Part shown: positions 29,755 through 40,291 of the stretch, one piece after another | Layout: each line of letters starts with the position of its first letter | How positions within the stretch are numbered: position 1 is the stretch's first letter | NCBI GenBank assembly: GCA_051439425.1 | Contig: JBFRWD010000092.1 | Coordinates: 1-52,954 of the forward strand | Source: Synechococcus sp. | GTDB lineage: Bacteria > Cyanobacteriota > Cyanobacteriia > Thermostichales > PCC-7336 | Length of the DNA: 52,954 bases | Direction: 5' to 3' | Notes under the pieces: model-generated | Told to the model about the DNA's origin: nothing | Seen by the model: the letters and a program-made list of their open reading frames with translations, nothing else | The model's database searches: none | Position numbers and translations under genes: made by a program

Positions 29755-29989
29755 AGGAGACAGATAGTTGTTAAGTGGAGTAACCATTGTTTTCGTTTGG
29801 CTCATAACTGAGTGAACTGCAAACAATCGTTCTAGATTAAGTGTCAATTCACTCCCAATTGGTATATATCGATATAGCCAGTTCGGGCAAAGATTAGTTC
29901 TATTTCCTATGAATTAGACTCTATAAATATGACATTTGTTAGGATCGAATATATTGAACTATTTGCGTTCTTAAGTGAGGTAATGGCTA

Positions 29990-30205
29990 ATGAAACTTAT
30001 CTCTCTCTATTATCTTGAGCCCATTGATGATGTAATGGCTGAGAAAATCAATGGGGGTTTGACTCTGCCAACAGACCCATTCGGTTACGATGACATTCAC
30101 ATACCAGACCTACCGCAATTATTTGGTCATTCAACCTCCGACGAACCTCTCCCGAGTTGTGCTGCAGTTTCTTGCCTAGTGGGTCAACCTTGTCCTTGTC
30201 GATAG
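29990..30205 (+). CDS. Small peptide with a double-glycine-type leader and Cys-rich C-terminus (bacteriocin/RiPP precursor-like)
   Basis: LEPIDDVMAEKINGG fits the double-Gly leader pattern (ELS..EL..I.GG); core ends CAAVSCLVGQPCPCR; GAGG RBS; AT-rich upstream region. Confidence 0.7.
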   Translation: MKLISLYYLEPIDDVMAEKINGGLTLPTDPFGYDDIHIPDLPQLFGHSTSDEPLPSCAAVSCLVGQPCPCR

Positions 30206-30483
30206 GTAAAGCCAATCTAGATTGATACCCTTATTTTTCAGCTCGTAGTTGAAAATCGCCTCCCCTAGACGGTTTTTGGGAAATGAGGGGAGCAATAAGA
30301 CTGTGCGAAATCAGCGCCCTTCTGGTGCGCTGAAGCGTTCATAACTGCAAGACTCTTCGGTAGCTTAAGGCGTCAATCCACTCGCTATATCAAGTAAATA
30401 ATGCCCTAGGACGATCCAAATTGTCTTAGTTTGCCTCTGCAGATCGTCATTGTGGGGGTGTGCTTGTACTTGCGGTGTGGAGT

Positions 30484-30734
30484 GCTATCGAGGCATGCCC
30501 CATCGCAATTGCATTTTGATGAATGCAGGTGATGTTTCGGGAGCACGAGCGGGTGCGCGTGCGGGGAGAATGCGGGTCAGTGGGATGAGATGGAAATTAT
30601 TTGTGGGGATGTGCGACAAGGGGCTGCGTTGATGTTTTATCCGGAGGCTAATGTGTTGATGAAGGCTCGGATAGAAAAGCGATGTGGCCCCCCAGCGTTT
30701 AACTAGTGCCTGTTTTGTTTTTTTGGTAAAGGAG
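30484..30734 (+). pseudogene. Displaced, degraded copy of the 3' end of the fdhF/ydeP gene (direct repeat of about 29492-29759)
   Basis: Long near-identical blocks such as ATGCCCCATCGCAATTGCATTTTGATGAATGC and GCGTTGATGTTTTATCCGGAGGCTAATGTG; indels break the frame. Confidence 0.92.
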
Positions 30735-30836
30735 TAATCTGAAACCTTCCATAGAAGACATGAATAAAAGGCAAAAGTACTGTTTTTGAAAAATCATCTT
30801 CTGATTCATTGGTCAGGGTTGGCCCAGAAATATCTA

Positions 30837-30899
30837 TTATGGAAATAAGCAAAGATTTCCATAAGCAAATAAACTCTGTTCTGGCATATTTCTATGCCA
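30837..30899 (-). terminator. Two stem-loops downstream of the NB-ARC gene
   Basis: TTATGGAAAT-N8-ATTTCCATAA (30837-30864) and TGGCATA-TTTC-TATGCCA (30882-30899). Confidence 0.4.
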
Positions 30900-30922
30900 C
30901 TGTACATTTAAGTACATATCAA

Positions 30923-33709
30923 TTAAGGCCACTGTTTGCAGACGTCCTTAATTGCCTGAACAGAACGAGCTACAGTTTCATTCCCAAGATGGCGACGAAT
31001 GGGTAAAACAACATAGGGGTAACTGGAGAATAATTCTTTGCGACCAAGACATGCAATTTTACTTAATATATCTAGGCACTCGACAAGAGAGATTTCTCCA
31101 AAGCGAGGGTGTTGAATCAATCCACTAGCCGCCTTAGCTCGCCAATAAAAATCATTAAAGCTCTCGACTATTTCCATAAGGTCCACTAACTCAAAATTAG
31201 AATTCATTCTTAGCTCTCTCAGAGCATCTGCACGAGAAGACTCAGACTGAATTCCGCGCGCGGCCTCTAGTGCTTCTCCTGTCAACTCCGGTTGACGCTC
31301 GCACAGCCCTCTCAAAGCAGATGCACGAGAATACTCAGACTGAATTCCGCGCGCGGCCTCCAGCGCTTCTCCTAGCAACTCCGGCGGTAGATACTTGTAC
31401 AGCCCTATCAGAGCAAATGCACGAAAAGTCTCAGACTGAATTCTGCACGTTGCCTCCAGCGCTTCTCCTATCAATTTCGGTTGACGCTCGCACAGCCTTA
31501 TCAGAGCATCTGCACGAGAATACTCAGACTGAATTCCGCGCGCGGCCTCCAGCGCTTCTCCTATCAATTCCGGTTGACGCTCGCACAGCCCTCTCAAAGC
31601 AGTTGCACGATGAGACTCATCCTGAATTCCACGGGCGGCCTCCAGCACTTCCGAAAAAAGTGCAGATGGAAGATGGTTGCAAAGTTGTTCAATCGCAGCT
31701 GCTCGTTGTGATTCCTGCTGAGCTTGAAAAGCATAGGCCAGTCCTTGTGCTGGTGACCAGTAGTTCTTGTCCACTAGCACGGCAATCAACTCAGCAGGAA
31801 TGTTGCTAGCAATGCTGTTGAGTGAGGTGACGATCGCTGCATAGCGCAGCTGGAACACAACTGACTCAGACGGATCGGTTTTTAGTAAGCGTTTGGCCAT
31901 CTCCCACCCCCGAGCCACATCACGGACAAAATACGACAATTGTCCTAGCCGATCGCAAGCGTCGTACCAACCGTTTCTCCCTGCAGATGTTGTTTCTGCA
32001 AGCAGTTCGTGAATGGCTTCACCCAACCCCGCTTGCTCCATATGCCAAGTCAAGTAACCGTGAATATAGCCATCATCCGGTAACTGACACCACTGTCCAT
32101 CAAGAGCAATCCCCCGATAGCATTCGAGTAGTTGAGTATGGGCTTCCTGTACCGTCAAGCCCAACCCCGGTAAACCGCCCTCCACCTTTCTGTCCTGCGT
32201 CAGTAGCTTCTGCGCCGCATCGTGCATCAAGTCGTGCAGCCGAAAGGTTAGCTCTCGATCCGCGCCCTCTGCGCCTGGCAACAGCAATGCCTTTGCTCGC
32301 AGTTGTAGAAGACTTCGTCTTGCACGCCCTTCATCCATCTGCCAAAGAGTCGCCGCCATCTTGGCTGTAATCGACACATCCTCCGGCAACACCCCCATCC
32401 AGGCAAACTGGTGCAGTTGCTCCACACGCAACCGCTTCAAACTCAAATTGAAAGAGGCTACCAAACTACATTTTTTTCGCGTGGCTTCATCACGAGCAAA
32501 ATCTGCATCGAACCGTTCTAATTCCAGCCGTTCTCGCTTCAAATCCTCAATCAGATCTTCAACAATCACCCCTTCGCCTAACTGCACTGAGGCTAATTCC
32601 AATGCCAGCGGCAAATCCCCCACTATGTCCGCCAACTCGTCACTCAACTCTTCCTGTCCGGCAATGGATGCTCCAGCAGACTTGCGCAACAGATCCATCG
32701 ACTGTTCTCGCGTCAGTTCTTGCAACCGCACGTATTCAGCGCCCGAAACATAAACCTCCCGAGTTGTGACCAACACCCGCGTCCGATCGCTACCCACTTG
32801 AAACGGACTAACATGTTCCGCATTCCAGGCATCATCCACCACCAGCAACATGCTCTTGCCCCGCAACAAAGTGCGCAGGTGCGAAGATGCGACTTCGGCA
32901 GTGGTGGGCTTAAAGTCGCGATCGCCCAAAGCCTGAATCCACCCACTCAACAGCGACAACACATCAGGCTGCTGACCCAACGTCGCCCAAAGAATGCCAT
33001 CACCAAAAAACTCTTGAACATCGGCATCCCGAGCCAGGTCTGCCGCCAAAGTAGATTTCCCGATACCTCCCAAGCCATGAATCGCACTCATGACAAGCGT
33101 CCCAGACTGAATTTCAGCCTTCAAAAGGTCACTTTTCAGACGCTCAAGTTCTTTAGGCCGTTGAACGAAGTGACGCGGGAGAGGTGGGGCCTGAAACGGG
33201 GTTCCCGCGCGCAAACCAGGTTTTGAATGAGAAGCTTTTTTCCCCTTCGCCTTTTCTTGAACCCACCTCGTCAGCGCCTCGGCAACTTCGATAGATGCAG
33301 GTTCACGATCGAACCAACCAACCGTCCACTTCTTCTGCAGGCGATCGCGCCACTGCCTTATTTCAGGATCTTTATCTAACTCGTCAAACTTCCTCTTCCA
33401 CTCAGCATCCTCATCCAGCATAAAAACGAGAACGTCGAGCCCTCTTGCTACTGCCTCCTCGTATTCAAGCTGAGTAATGCTCTTGGTTGCCCCATCCGGC
33501 ACGTATCCCCGCCGAAATCCCACCAACAGGACGCACAAATCGCACCCATCCAGCCGCTCGACAGAAAGATACTTCGGTTCCTCCGGGGCAGCCGTCCAAT
33601 CCTCCATCGCCACCACATCCACGCCAGCTTTTCGTAATTCAGCAATCGCGTATTTGCGGTGTTCTTTGAGGTCTTCGTAAGTAGAGGACAGAAAGGCGCG
33701 ATATGGCAT
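30923..33709 (-). CDS. DUF4062 - NB-ARC (STAND NTPase) - helical-repeat protein, NLR-like
   Basis: N-terminal AFLSSTYEDLKEHR...SITQLEYEEA (DUF4062); Walker A GLGGIGKS; Walker B LLVVDDAW; GDLPLAL; LHDLMHD; C-terminal 31-aa repeats ending QWP. Confidence 0.9.
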   Translation of the reverse strand: MPYRAFLSSTYEDLKEHRKYAIAELRKAGVDVVAMEDWTAAPEEPKYLSVERLDGCDLCVLLVGFRRGYVPDGATKSITQLEYEEAVARGLDVLVFMLDEDAEWKRKFDELDKDPEIRQWRDRLQKKWTVGWFDREPASIEVAEALTRWVQEKAKGKKASHSKPGLRAGTPFQAPPLPRHFVQRPKELERLKSDLLKAEIQSGTLVMSAIHGLGGIGKSTLAADLARDADVQEFFGDGILWATLGQQPDVLSLLSGWIQALGDRDFKPTTAEVASSHLRTLLRGKSMLLVVDDAWNAEHVSPFQVGSDRTRVLVTTREVYVSGAEYVRLQELTREQSMDLLRKSAGASIAGQEELSDELADIVGDLPLALELASVQLGEGVIVEDLIEDLKRERLELERFDADFARDEATRKKCSLVASFNLSLKRLRVEQLHQFAWMGVLPEDVSITAKMAATLWQMDEGRARRSLLQLRAKALLLPGAEGADRELTFRLHDLMHDAAQKLLTQDRKVEGGLPGLGLTVQEAHTQLLECYRGIALDGQWCQLPDDGYIHGYLTWHMEQAGLGEAIHELLAETTSAGRNGWYDACDRLGQLSYFVRDVARGWEMAKRLLKTDPSESVVFQLRYAAIVTSLNSIASNIPAELIAVLVDKNYWSPAQGLAYAFQAQQESQRAAAIEQLCNHLPSALFSEVLEAARGIQDESHRATALRGLCERQPELIGEALEAARGIQSEYSRADALIRLCERQPKLIGEALEATCRIQSETFRAFALIGLYKYLPPELLGEALEAARGIQSEYSRASALRGLCERQPELTGEALEAARGIQSESSRADALRELRMNSNFELVDLMEIVESFNDFYWRAKAASGLIQHPRFGEISLVECLDILSKIACLGRKELFSSYPYVVLPIRRHLGNETVARSVQAIKDVCKQWP
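31211..31651 (-). repeat. Intragenic tandem repeat, about 4.7 units of 93 bp (one of 96 bp), encoding E(A/V)LEAARGIQxExxRAxALxxLCERQPELxG
   Basis: Unit starts at 31651, 31558, 31465, 31369 and 31276 on the minus strand, with high DNA identity between units. Confidence 0.93.
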
Positions 33710-33805
33710 CAATCAGTTCGAGCGACAAAAGCACACAAGCTAATCTGGATGCTACATCATCTATCTATCCGACACCGATTGAATAGATGATGCAATTTAT
33801 GCCGA

Positions 33806-35290
33806 CTAAAGCAGTTCGGTGGTTCCCATCAGGTAGCGATCGCACTCCCGAGCCACCCCACGCCCTTCGTTAATCGCCCACACCACCAAACTCTGGCCGC
33901 GACGACAATCCCCCGCCGCAAACACACCGGGAACGCTGGTCACGTACTCCTCATGTGCAGCCTTCATATTGCTGCGCCCATCCTGCTCCAGACCTAACGC
34001 ATCAATAATCGGCTGTTCCGGCCCCAAAAATCCCATCGCCAGCAACACCAGCTCCGCCGGTAGCACCTGCTCCGTCCCCGCAACGTGCTTCGGAATAAAC
34101 CGGCCATTCTCATCCTTGGCCCATTCCACCTCAACCGTATGCACGGCCTTCAACTGCCCGTTCTCATCCCCCTCAAACTTCGTCGCCGTCCGCACGTAAG
34201 CACGCGGCTCGTGCCCAAACATTGCCTCAGCTTCTTCCTGTCCGTAATCCATCCGGTAAATCTTGGGCCACTCCGGCCAAGGGTTGCTGGGGGCACGGGT
34301 CTCTGGGGGCTTGGGCATAATCTCCAGTTGGGTCACGCTCTTGCAGCCGTGACGCACAGAAGTCCCCACACAGTCCGTACCGGTATCGCCACCACCAATG
34401 ATGACCACATTCTTACCGGCAGCCGAAATGTAATTCTCCCCAGGATTACCGTCCAAAACCGCTTGAGTATTGGCCGTCAGGAACTCCATCGCAAAATGAA
34501 TCCCCTTCAAATCCCGCCCCTCAATCGGCAGATCGCGAGGGCGAGTCGACCCCGTACACAGCACAACGGCATCGAAATCATTCACCAAATTCTCCACCGG
34601 CAGATCTTTACCAATCTCCGTATTGCAAACGAAGGTCACTCCCTCCGCTTCCAACACATCCAGACGGCGCTGCACCACCTGCTTCTTATCCAGCTTCATG
34701 TTAGGGATGCCATACATCAGCAACCCACCGGGACGATCTGCTCGCTCGTAAACCGTCACCCAATGGCCCGCCGAATTCAGTTGAGCCGCCGCCGACAACC
34801 CAGCAGGACCGGAACCGACAATCGCCACCTTTTTCCCCGTTCGCTTCGTCGGAGGAGTGGGGCTAATCCACCCTTCTTCCCAACCCTTCTCAGCAATCGA
34901 ATACTCGATATTCTTAATCGTTACCGGCGGCTCGATAATCCCCAACACGCAAGCCCCTTCACAGGGAGCCGGACACACCCGTCCCGTGAACTCGGGGAAG
35001 TTATTGGTTTTGTGCAGGCGATCGAGCGCCTCTTTCCAGTGGCCGCGATAAATCAAGTCATTCCACTCGGGAATCAGATTGTTAATCGGACATCCACTCG
35101 CCGCCCGATTCATCTCCATACCGGTGTGGCAAAACGGGGTGCCACAATCCATGCAGCGAGCCCCCTGATTTCGCAGGCTCTCCTCCGGCATTGGCAGATG
35201 AAACTCATCCCAATTGCGGATGCGATCGACTGGAGAGACTTCGTCAGCAACTTCGCGCAGGTATTCAATAAAGCCGGTTGGTTTGCCCAT
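33806..35290 (-). CDS. gltD: Glutamate synthase small subunit (NADH-GOGAT)
   Basis: [52 protein letters not shown] and [14 protein letters not shown] motifs. Confidence 0.97.
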   Translation of the reverse strand: MGKPTGFIEYLREVADEVSPVDRIRNWDEFHLPMPEESLRNQGARCMDCGTPFCHTGMEMNRAASGCPINNLIPEWNDLIYRGHWKEALDRLHKTNNFPEFTGRVCPAPCEGACVLGIIEPPVTIKNIEYSIAEKGWEEGWISPTPPTKRTGKKVAIVGSGPAGLSAAAQLNSAGHWVTVYERADRPGGLLMYGIPNMKLDKKQVVQRRLDVLEAEGVTFVCNTEIGKDLPVENLVNDFDAVVLCTGSTRPRDLPIEGRDLKGIHFAMEFLTANTQAVLDGNPGENYISAAGKNVVIIGGGDTGTDCVGTSVRHGCKSVTQLEIMPKPPETRAPSNPWPEWPKIYRMDYGQEEAEAMFGHEPRAYVRTATKFEGDENGQLKAVHTVEVEWAKDENGRFIPKHVAGTEQVLPAELVLLAMGFLGPEQPIIDALGLEQDGRSNMKAAHEEYVTSVPGVFAAGDCRRGQSLVVWAINEGRGVARECDRYLMGTTELL

Positions 35291-35380
35291 GGGTCTGTCT
35301 TCGAGTTAAGGGGATGGGTGGTCGGAAAATAGATGGTTGTGTCGGAGCCAATAGACACAGCCCCGACCAGTGTGTTTGAC

Positions 35381-38300
35381 TTAGCTACCGCCGATGCGAG
35401 CGATATCGCGGGCGTTTTCTTCAAAGGCAGCAGACAGCGCATCGTCACCGCTGAGGCCATCCGCTAGCGCCTTCTGAATGTGCTGCAACACGCGCTTGTA
35501 ATCGCGAGGCATAACTTTGACGAACTTGGGCAGCATCTCGTCCCATTGCTTCAAGATGCGATCGCCCTTTTCGCTGCCGGTTAGCTTCACGTGAGTAGCA
35601 ATCGCCTCCCGCACCTCGTGAATGTCATCTGGCTCTACCAATGGCTCCATATCCACCATCTCGGTGTTGCAATGGTTGGCAAAATCTCCGGCTTCGTCCA
35701 GCACGTAGGCCACGCCACCACTCATGCCAGCCGCAAAGTTGCGTCCGGTGGGACCAATTACAATTGCTTGACCCCCCGTCATGTACTCGCAGCCGTGGTC
35801 GCCAATCCCTTCCACCACCGCTCGCACACCAGAGTTACGCACGCAGAACCGCTCGCCTGCTAGACCGCGAATGTACGCCTCACCGCCCGTTGCTCCGTAG
35901 AACGCCACGTTACCGGTAATGATGTTCTCTTCCGCCACAAAGGTGGATTCCTTCGGCGGATAAAGCACAATCTTGCCGCCGCTGAGGCCCTTGCCCGTGT
36001 AGTCATTAGCATCCCCCTCCAGTTCGAGGGTGACTCCCTTCGGCACAAAGGCACCGAAGCTCTGACCGGCGCTGCCCTGGAAATGCAGGCGCACCGTATC
36101 CTCCGGCAAACCGTCCCAATGGCGTTTGCTGATTTCGTTGCCCAAAATCGTGCCCACCACTCGATTGACATTGCGAATCGGCAGGGTGGCGCTGACTTTT
36201 TCACCGTGTTCGATCGCCGGCTTGCACAAGTCCAACAGCGTCGTGATGTCCAGAGACTTCTCCAGTCCGTGGTCTTGAGGAATCTGGCAATAACGTCCGA
36301 TGTCTGGGGCAACGTCCGGCTGGTGCAAAATTGCCGAGACATCAATGCCTTTGGCTTTCCAATGGTCGATCGCCTGCTTCGGCTCCAACACATCAGTGCG
36401 GCCCACCATCTCGTTAATGGTGCGGAAGCCCAGCTCCGCCATAATTTCCCGCAGCTCTTGAGCGATGAACTTAAAGAAGTTGACGGTGTGCGCGGGGTCA
36501 CCCGTGAAGTGCTTGCGCAGATTGGGATCTTGAGTGGCCACGCCAACCGGGCAGGTATTTTTGTGACAGACACGCATCATGATGCAGCCCAAGGAGACCA
36601 ACGGAGCAGTTGAGAACCCGTATTCCTCGGCCCCTAGCAGAGTAGCGATCGCCACGTCCCGTCCGGTCTTCATCTGACCATCTGTTTCCACCGCAATCCG
36701 GCTGCGCAGGTTATTCAGCACCAATGTCTGGTGAGTTTCCGCCAGCCCCAATTCCCAAGGCAAACCGGCGTGCTTAATCGACGTTTGCGGAGATGCCCCC
36801 GTACCGCCATCAAACCCGGAGACCAACACAACGTCGGCATGCGCTTTGGCTACACCCGCCGCAACGGTGCCCACACCCACTTCCGACACCAACTTGACGC
36901 TAATGCGAGCCTTGCGGTTGGCATTCTTGAGGTCGTGGATCAGCTGAGCCAAATCCTCAATCGAGTAAATGTCGTGGTGGGGCGGCGGTGAAATCAAACC
37001 CACACCGGGGGTGGAATGACGCACCTTAGCAATCCAGGGATACACCTTCTTACCGGGAAGCTGGCCGCCTTCACCCGGCTTGGCTCCCTGCGCCATCTTG
37101 ATCTGAATTTCCTTCGCCTGAGACAGATACAGGCTGGTCACCCCGAAGCGACCCGAAGCTACCTGCTTGATGGCACTGTTCTTGGAATCACCTTGCTCGT
37201 TTGTCCAGGTGTAACGCTCGGGATCTTCTCCACCCTCACCGGTATTGGACTTACCGCCAATCCGATTCATGGCGATCGCCAGCGATTCGTGGGTCTCCTT
37301 CGAGATCGACCCGTAGCTCATGGCCCCCGTCTTGAAGCGAGACATGATCGCCTCAATCGGTTCCACTTCCTCCAACGGCACCGAGTCCCGCTGCTTGAAC
37401 TGCAGCAAATCGCGGATGCGGAAATACTGCTTGCCGCGACCGTTAATCTGGGCGGCGTACTGCTTGTACAGCTCGTAATCTCCCTGACGCACCGCCTGCT
37501 GCAACAGGTGAATGGTCTGCGGGTTGAGCAGGTGTTCTTCCCCGTCCTTCCGCCATTGATACTCTCCACCCACATCCAAGGTGTGATCTTGGGTGACGCG
37601 CTCGGGGAAGGCGTGACTGTGGCGCAGAATGGCTTCCTTCGTCAGCACCTCCAGGTTGGCTCCCTCCAGACGGGAAGCGGTCCAACTGAAGTACTTATCA
37701 ATTACAGACGTATCTAGGCCAATCGCCTCGAAGATCTGCGCTCCGCGATAGCTCTGAATGGTGGAAATTCCGATCTTGGAGCCAATTTTGATGACACCTT
37801 TGGTGACCGCTTTAACGTAATTCATGCAAGCTTTGGCGTATTCCACCCCTTTCAGACTGCCATCGGCAATCATCCCTTCAATCGTCTCGAAGGCCAGGTA
37901 GGGATTGATGGCACCGCAGCCGTAGCCCAACAAAACGGCAAAATGATGAACTTCGCGAGGTTCGCCCGATTCAAGAATCAACCCCACACGAGTCCGGTTG
38001 CCGTTACGAATCAGATGGTGATGCAAGCCTGCGACAGCCAGCAATGCGGGAATGGGGGCACGATCGGCGTCGATATCGCGATCGCTCAACATGAGCAAAT
38101 TGCTGCCAGCAGCAATGGCATCATCCGCTCTCTGGCAGATCGATGCGATCGCCGCTTCCAACCCTGCCACCCCAGCCTTGGGGTCAAACACCATCGGTAA
38201 GGTTACGGACGAAAAATGAGGGTTATTAATATCCTCCAGCTTCACCAGATCTTCGTTACTAATGACCGGAGTTTTCAGTTCGATCAGTCGGCAACTTTCC

Positions 38301-39985
38301 GGTTCCGGATTCAACAAGTTGCGCTCGCTGCCGATGGTCGTCACTGGCGATGTGACAATTGCTTCCCGTATCGAGTCAATCGGCGGATTCGTAACCTGAG
38401 CAAACAGCTGCTGGAAGTAGTCGTACATCAGCTTGGGGCGATCAGACAGCACCGCCAGTGGCGTATCCGTCCCCATCGCACCAATCGCCTCCACCCCGTT
38501 CTGAGCCATTGGCGTCAGCAGCAGCCGTAGCTCTTCGAATGTGTAGCCAAACGCCCGCTGACGTTGCGACAACGGCATATCCGCTTGGGCATCCACCGCA
38601 GCGGTCACCTTCGAACTGGTGGCTGACAAGTCGTCCAACGTCAGCAGGTTGCCATCCAACCACTCCTGATAGGGATGTGCTGACGCAATCTCGCTCTTAA
38701 TTTCCTCATCTGCAATAATCCGCCCTTGGTTCATATCCACCAAGAACATCCGCCCCGGCTCCAGGCGACCTTTCTTCACCACCTGGTCGGGCTCGACGGG
38801 CAACACACCAGCCTCAGAGGCCATAATCACCCGGTCATCTTTGGTGACGTAATAGCGAGAGGGCCGCAATCCGTTGCGGTCTAGTACCGCGCCCATGACG
38901 CTACCATCCGTAAACGCGATCGACGCTGGACCATCCCAAGGCTCCATCAAGCAGGAGTGGTATTGGTAGAAGGCCTTGCGATCGCCACTCATGGACTCGT
39001 GCCCGGACCAAGGCTCCGGAATCATCATCATCACCGCATGGGGCAGCGATCGCCCGGACAGAGTCAGCAACTCCAGCGTGTTGTCAAAAATTGTCGAGTC
39101 GCTGCCTTCAATATTGATAATCGGCTGCGCTTTTTCCAGATCGTCCCCAAACAGCTTCGACTTAAACATCGACTGACGAGCGTGCATCCAGTTGATGTTG
39201 CCGCGCAGTGTATTAATTTCCCCGTTGTGAGCGATGTAGCGATAGGGATGCGCCCGCTCCCAACTGGGGAAGGTGTTGGTACTGAATCGGGAGTGCACAA
39301 GCCCCAACGCGCTTTCCATATCCGGATCGCTCAAATCCAGATAGTATTTGCCCACCTGGGCAGGCATCAGCATGCCCTTATAAACCATCGTGCGGCAGGA
39401 AACGCTGGCAGGGTACCAGTAGCGATCGATGCCGGGGTTGCGAATGGCTCCGTGGGCCAGCTTGCGAATCACATACAGCTTACGCTCGAAGGCTAGCTCG
39501 TCTGCAACGTCGTCCCCTCGCTGGATAAAGGCCTGTTCCATAAACGGCTCGCTGGCCTTCGCCGTCTCCCCCAAACTGGAGTTATCGGTAGGAATGTCAC
39601 GCCAGCCGATGACAGACTGCCCCATGTCAGTCACTACTTTTTCGAAGGCACGCCGGCTAGCCTGCCGCTCATCCGGGTTGGGGGACGCAAATACGTTGGC
39701 CACACCGTAATGGCCGGGTTCGGGCAGCTTAAATCCTTCTGCTGTTGCCACCTTTTGCAAAAATTTATGGGGCAGTTGCATCAATATGCCTGCCCCATCA
39801 CCAGTATTCGGTTCGGCTCCCACCGCCCCCCGATGGTCGAGATTCAACAGAATCGTCAAGGCCTGTTCGACAATATCGTGAGAGGGCTGTCCCTTCATCT
39901 GCACGACGAAGCCAACTCCGCAAGCATCGTGCTCAAACTGAGGATCGTAAAGCCCCTGTTTGGGTGGAGAAATGGTGTGAGTCAT
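35381..39985 (-). CDS. gltB: Glutamate synthase large subunit
   Basis: EHDACGVGF (N-terminal nucleophile Cys), [35 protein letters not shown] and [15 protein letters not shown] motifs. Confidence 0.98.
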   Translation of the reverse strand: MTHTISPPKQGLYDPQFEHDACGVGFVVQMKGQPSHDIVEQALTILLNLDHRGAVGAEPNTGDGAGILMQLPHKFLQKVATAEGFKLPEPGHYGVANVFASPNPDERQASRRAFEKVVTDMGQSVIGWRDIPTDNSSLGETAKASEPFMEQAFIQRGDDVADELAFERKLYVIRKLAHGAIRNPGIDRYWYPASVSCRTMVYKGMLMPAQVGKYYLDLSDPDMESALGLVHSRFSTNTFPSWERAHPYRYIAHNGEINTLRGNINWMHARQSMFKSKLFGDDLEKAQPIINIEGSDSTIFDNTLELLTLSGRSLPHAVMMMIPEPWSGHESMSGDRKAFYQYHSCLMEPWDGPASIAFTDGSVMGAVLDRNGLRPSRYYVTKDDRVIMASEAGVLPVEPDQVVKKGRLEPGRMFLVDMNQGRIIADEEIKSEIASAHPYQEWLDGNLLTLDDLSATSSKVTAAVDAQADMPLSQRQRAFGYTFEELRLLLTPMAQNGVEAIGAMGTDTPLAVLSDRPKLMYDYFQQLFAQVTNPPIDSIREAIVTSPVTTIGSERNLLNPEPESCRLIELKTPVISNEDLVKLEDINNPHFSSVTLPMVFDPKAGVAGLEAAIASICQRADDAIAAGSNLLMLSDRDIDADRAPIPALLAVAGLHHHLIRNGNRTRVGLILESGEPREVHHFAVLLGYGCGAINPYLAFETIEGMIADGSLKGVEYAKACMNYVKAVTKGVIKIGSKIGISTIQSYRGAQIFEAIGLDTSVIDKYFSWTASRLEGANLEVLTKEAILRHSHAFPERVTQDHTLDVGGEYQWRKDGEEHLLNPQTIHLLQQAVRQGDYELYKQYAAQINGRGKQYFRIRDLLQFKQRDSVPLEEVEPIEAIMSRFKTGAMSYGSISKETHESLAIAMNRIGGKSNTGEGGEDPERYTWTNEQGDSKNSAIKQVASGRFGVTSLYLSQAKEIQIKMAQGAKPGEGGQLPGKKVYPWIAKVRHSTPGVGLISPPPHHDIYSIEDLAQLIHDLKNANRKARISVKLVSEVGVGTVAAGVAKAHADVVLVSGFDGGTGASPQTSIKHAGLPWELGLAETHQTLVLNNLRSRIAVETDGQMKTGRDVAIATLLGAEEYGFSTAPLVSLGCIMMRVCHKNTCPVGVATQDPNLRKHFTGDPAHTVNFFKFIAQELREIMAELGFRTINEMVGRTDVLEPKQAIDHWKAKGIDVSAILHQPDVAPDIGRYCQIPQDHGLEKSLDITTLLDLCKPAIEHGEKVSATLPIRNVNRVVGTILGNEISKRHWDGLPEDTVRLHFQGSAGQSFGAFVPKGVTLELEGDANDYTGKGLSGGKIVLYPPKESTFVAEENIITGNVAFYGATGGEAYIRGLAGERFCVRNSGVRAVVEGIGDHGCEYMTGGQAIVIGPTGRNFAAGMSGGVAYVLDEAGDFANHCNTEMVDMEPLVEPDDIHEVREAIATHVKLTGSEKGDRILKQWDEMLPKFVKVMPRDYKRVLQHIQKALADGLSGDDALSAAFEENARDIARIGGS

Positions 39986-40291
39986 TCGATGTATTGACTA
40001 AGTTGTATTAAGGGGGACGAGGTTGGGAAAACTGCCAAAACCGTTCAGACATGCTAGCTGAAGTTTTCGAAGACAGATATTAAGAAGTATTCAAATCAAT
40101 TTTGAAGTTTCCTTTACGCCATCTGGCCTCTCCGGTTATCCCGATGTGGTTGTAAGCAGCATTAGGGCCTGCTCGTCGGCAGTCACACTGTCATCTCGTG
40201 CTGATTTCTTTATTGAAGAAACGTTAAGGTGTGAGGCTAACGCGAGCCCATACGATTAAATCGAAACTCAATATAATGCGCGGGGTTCTGC

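Noticed and set aside
31270..31809. 179-aa + strand repeat ORF, and the repeat array as a possible CRISPR
   Set aside because: It is the antisense shadow of the NB-ARC coding repeats; the units are contiguous, in frame and have no unique spacers.
34085..35332. 415-aa + strand ORF and other long antisense ORFs over gltB/gltD
   Set aside because: These are shadow frames of conserved genes caused by codon bias.
39986..40290. Possible glutamine riboswitch or NtcA box upstream of gltB
   Set aside because: Small hairpins are present, but I found no GTA-N8-TAC site and no convincing glnA-motif match; a covariance search would be needed.
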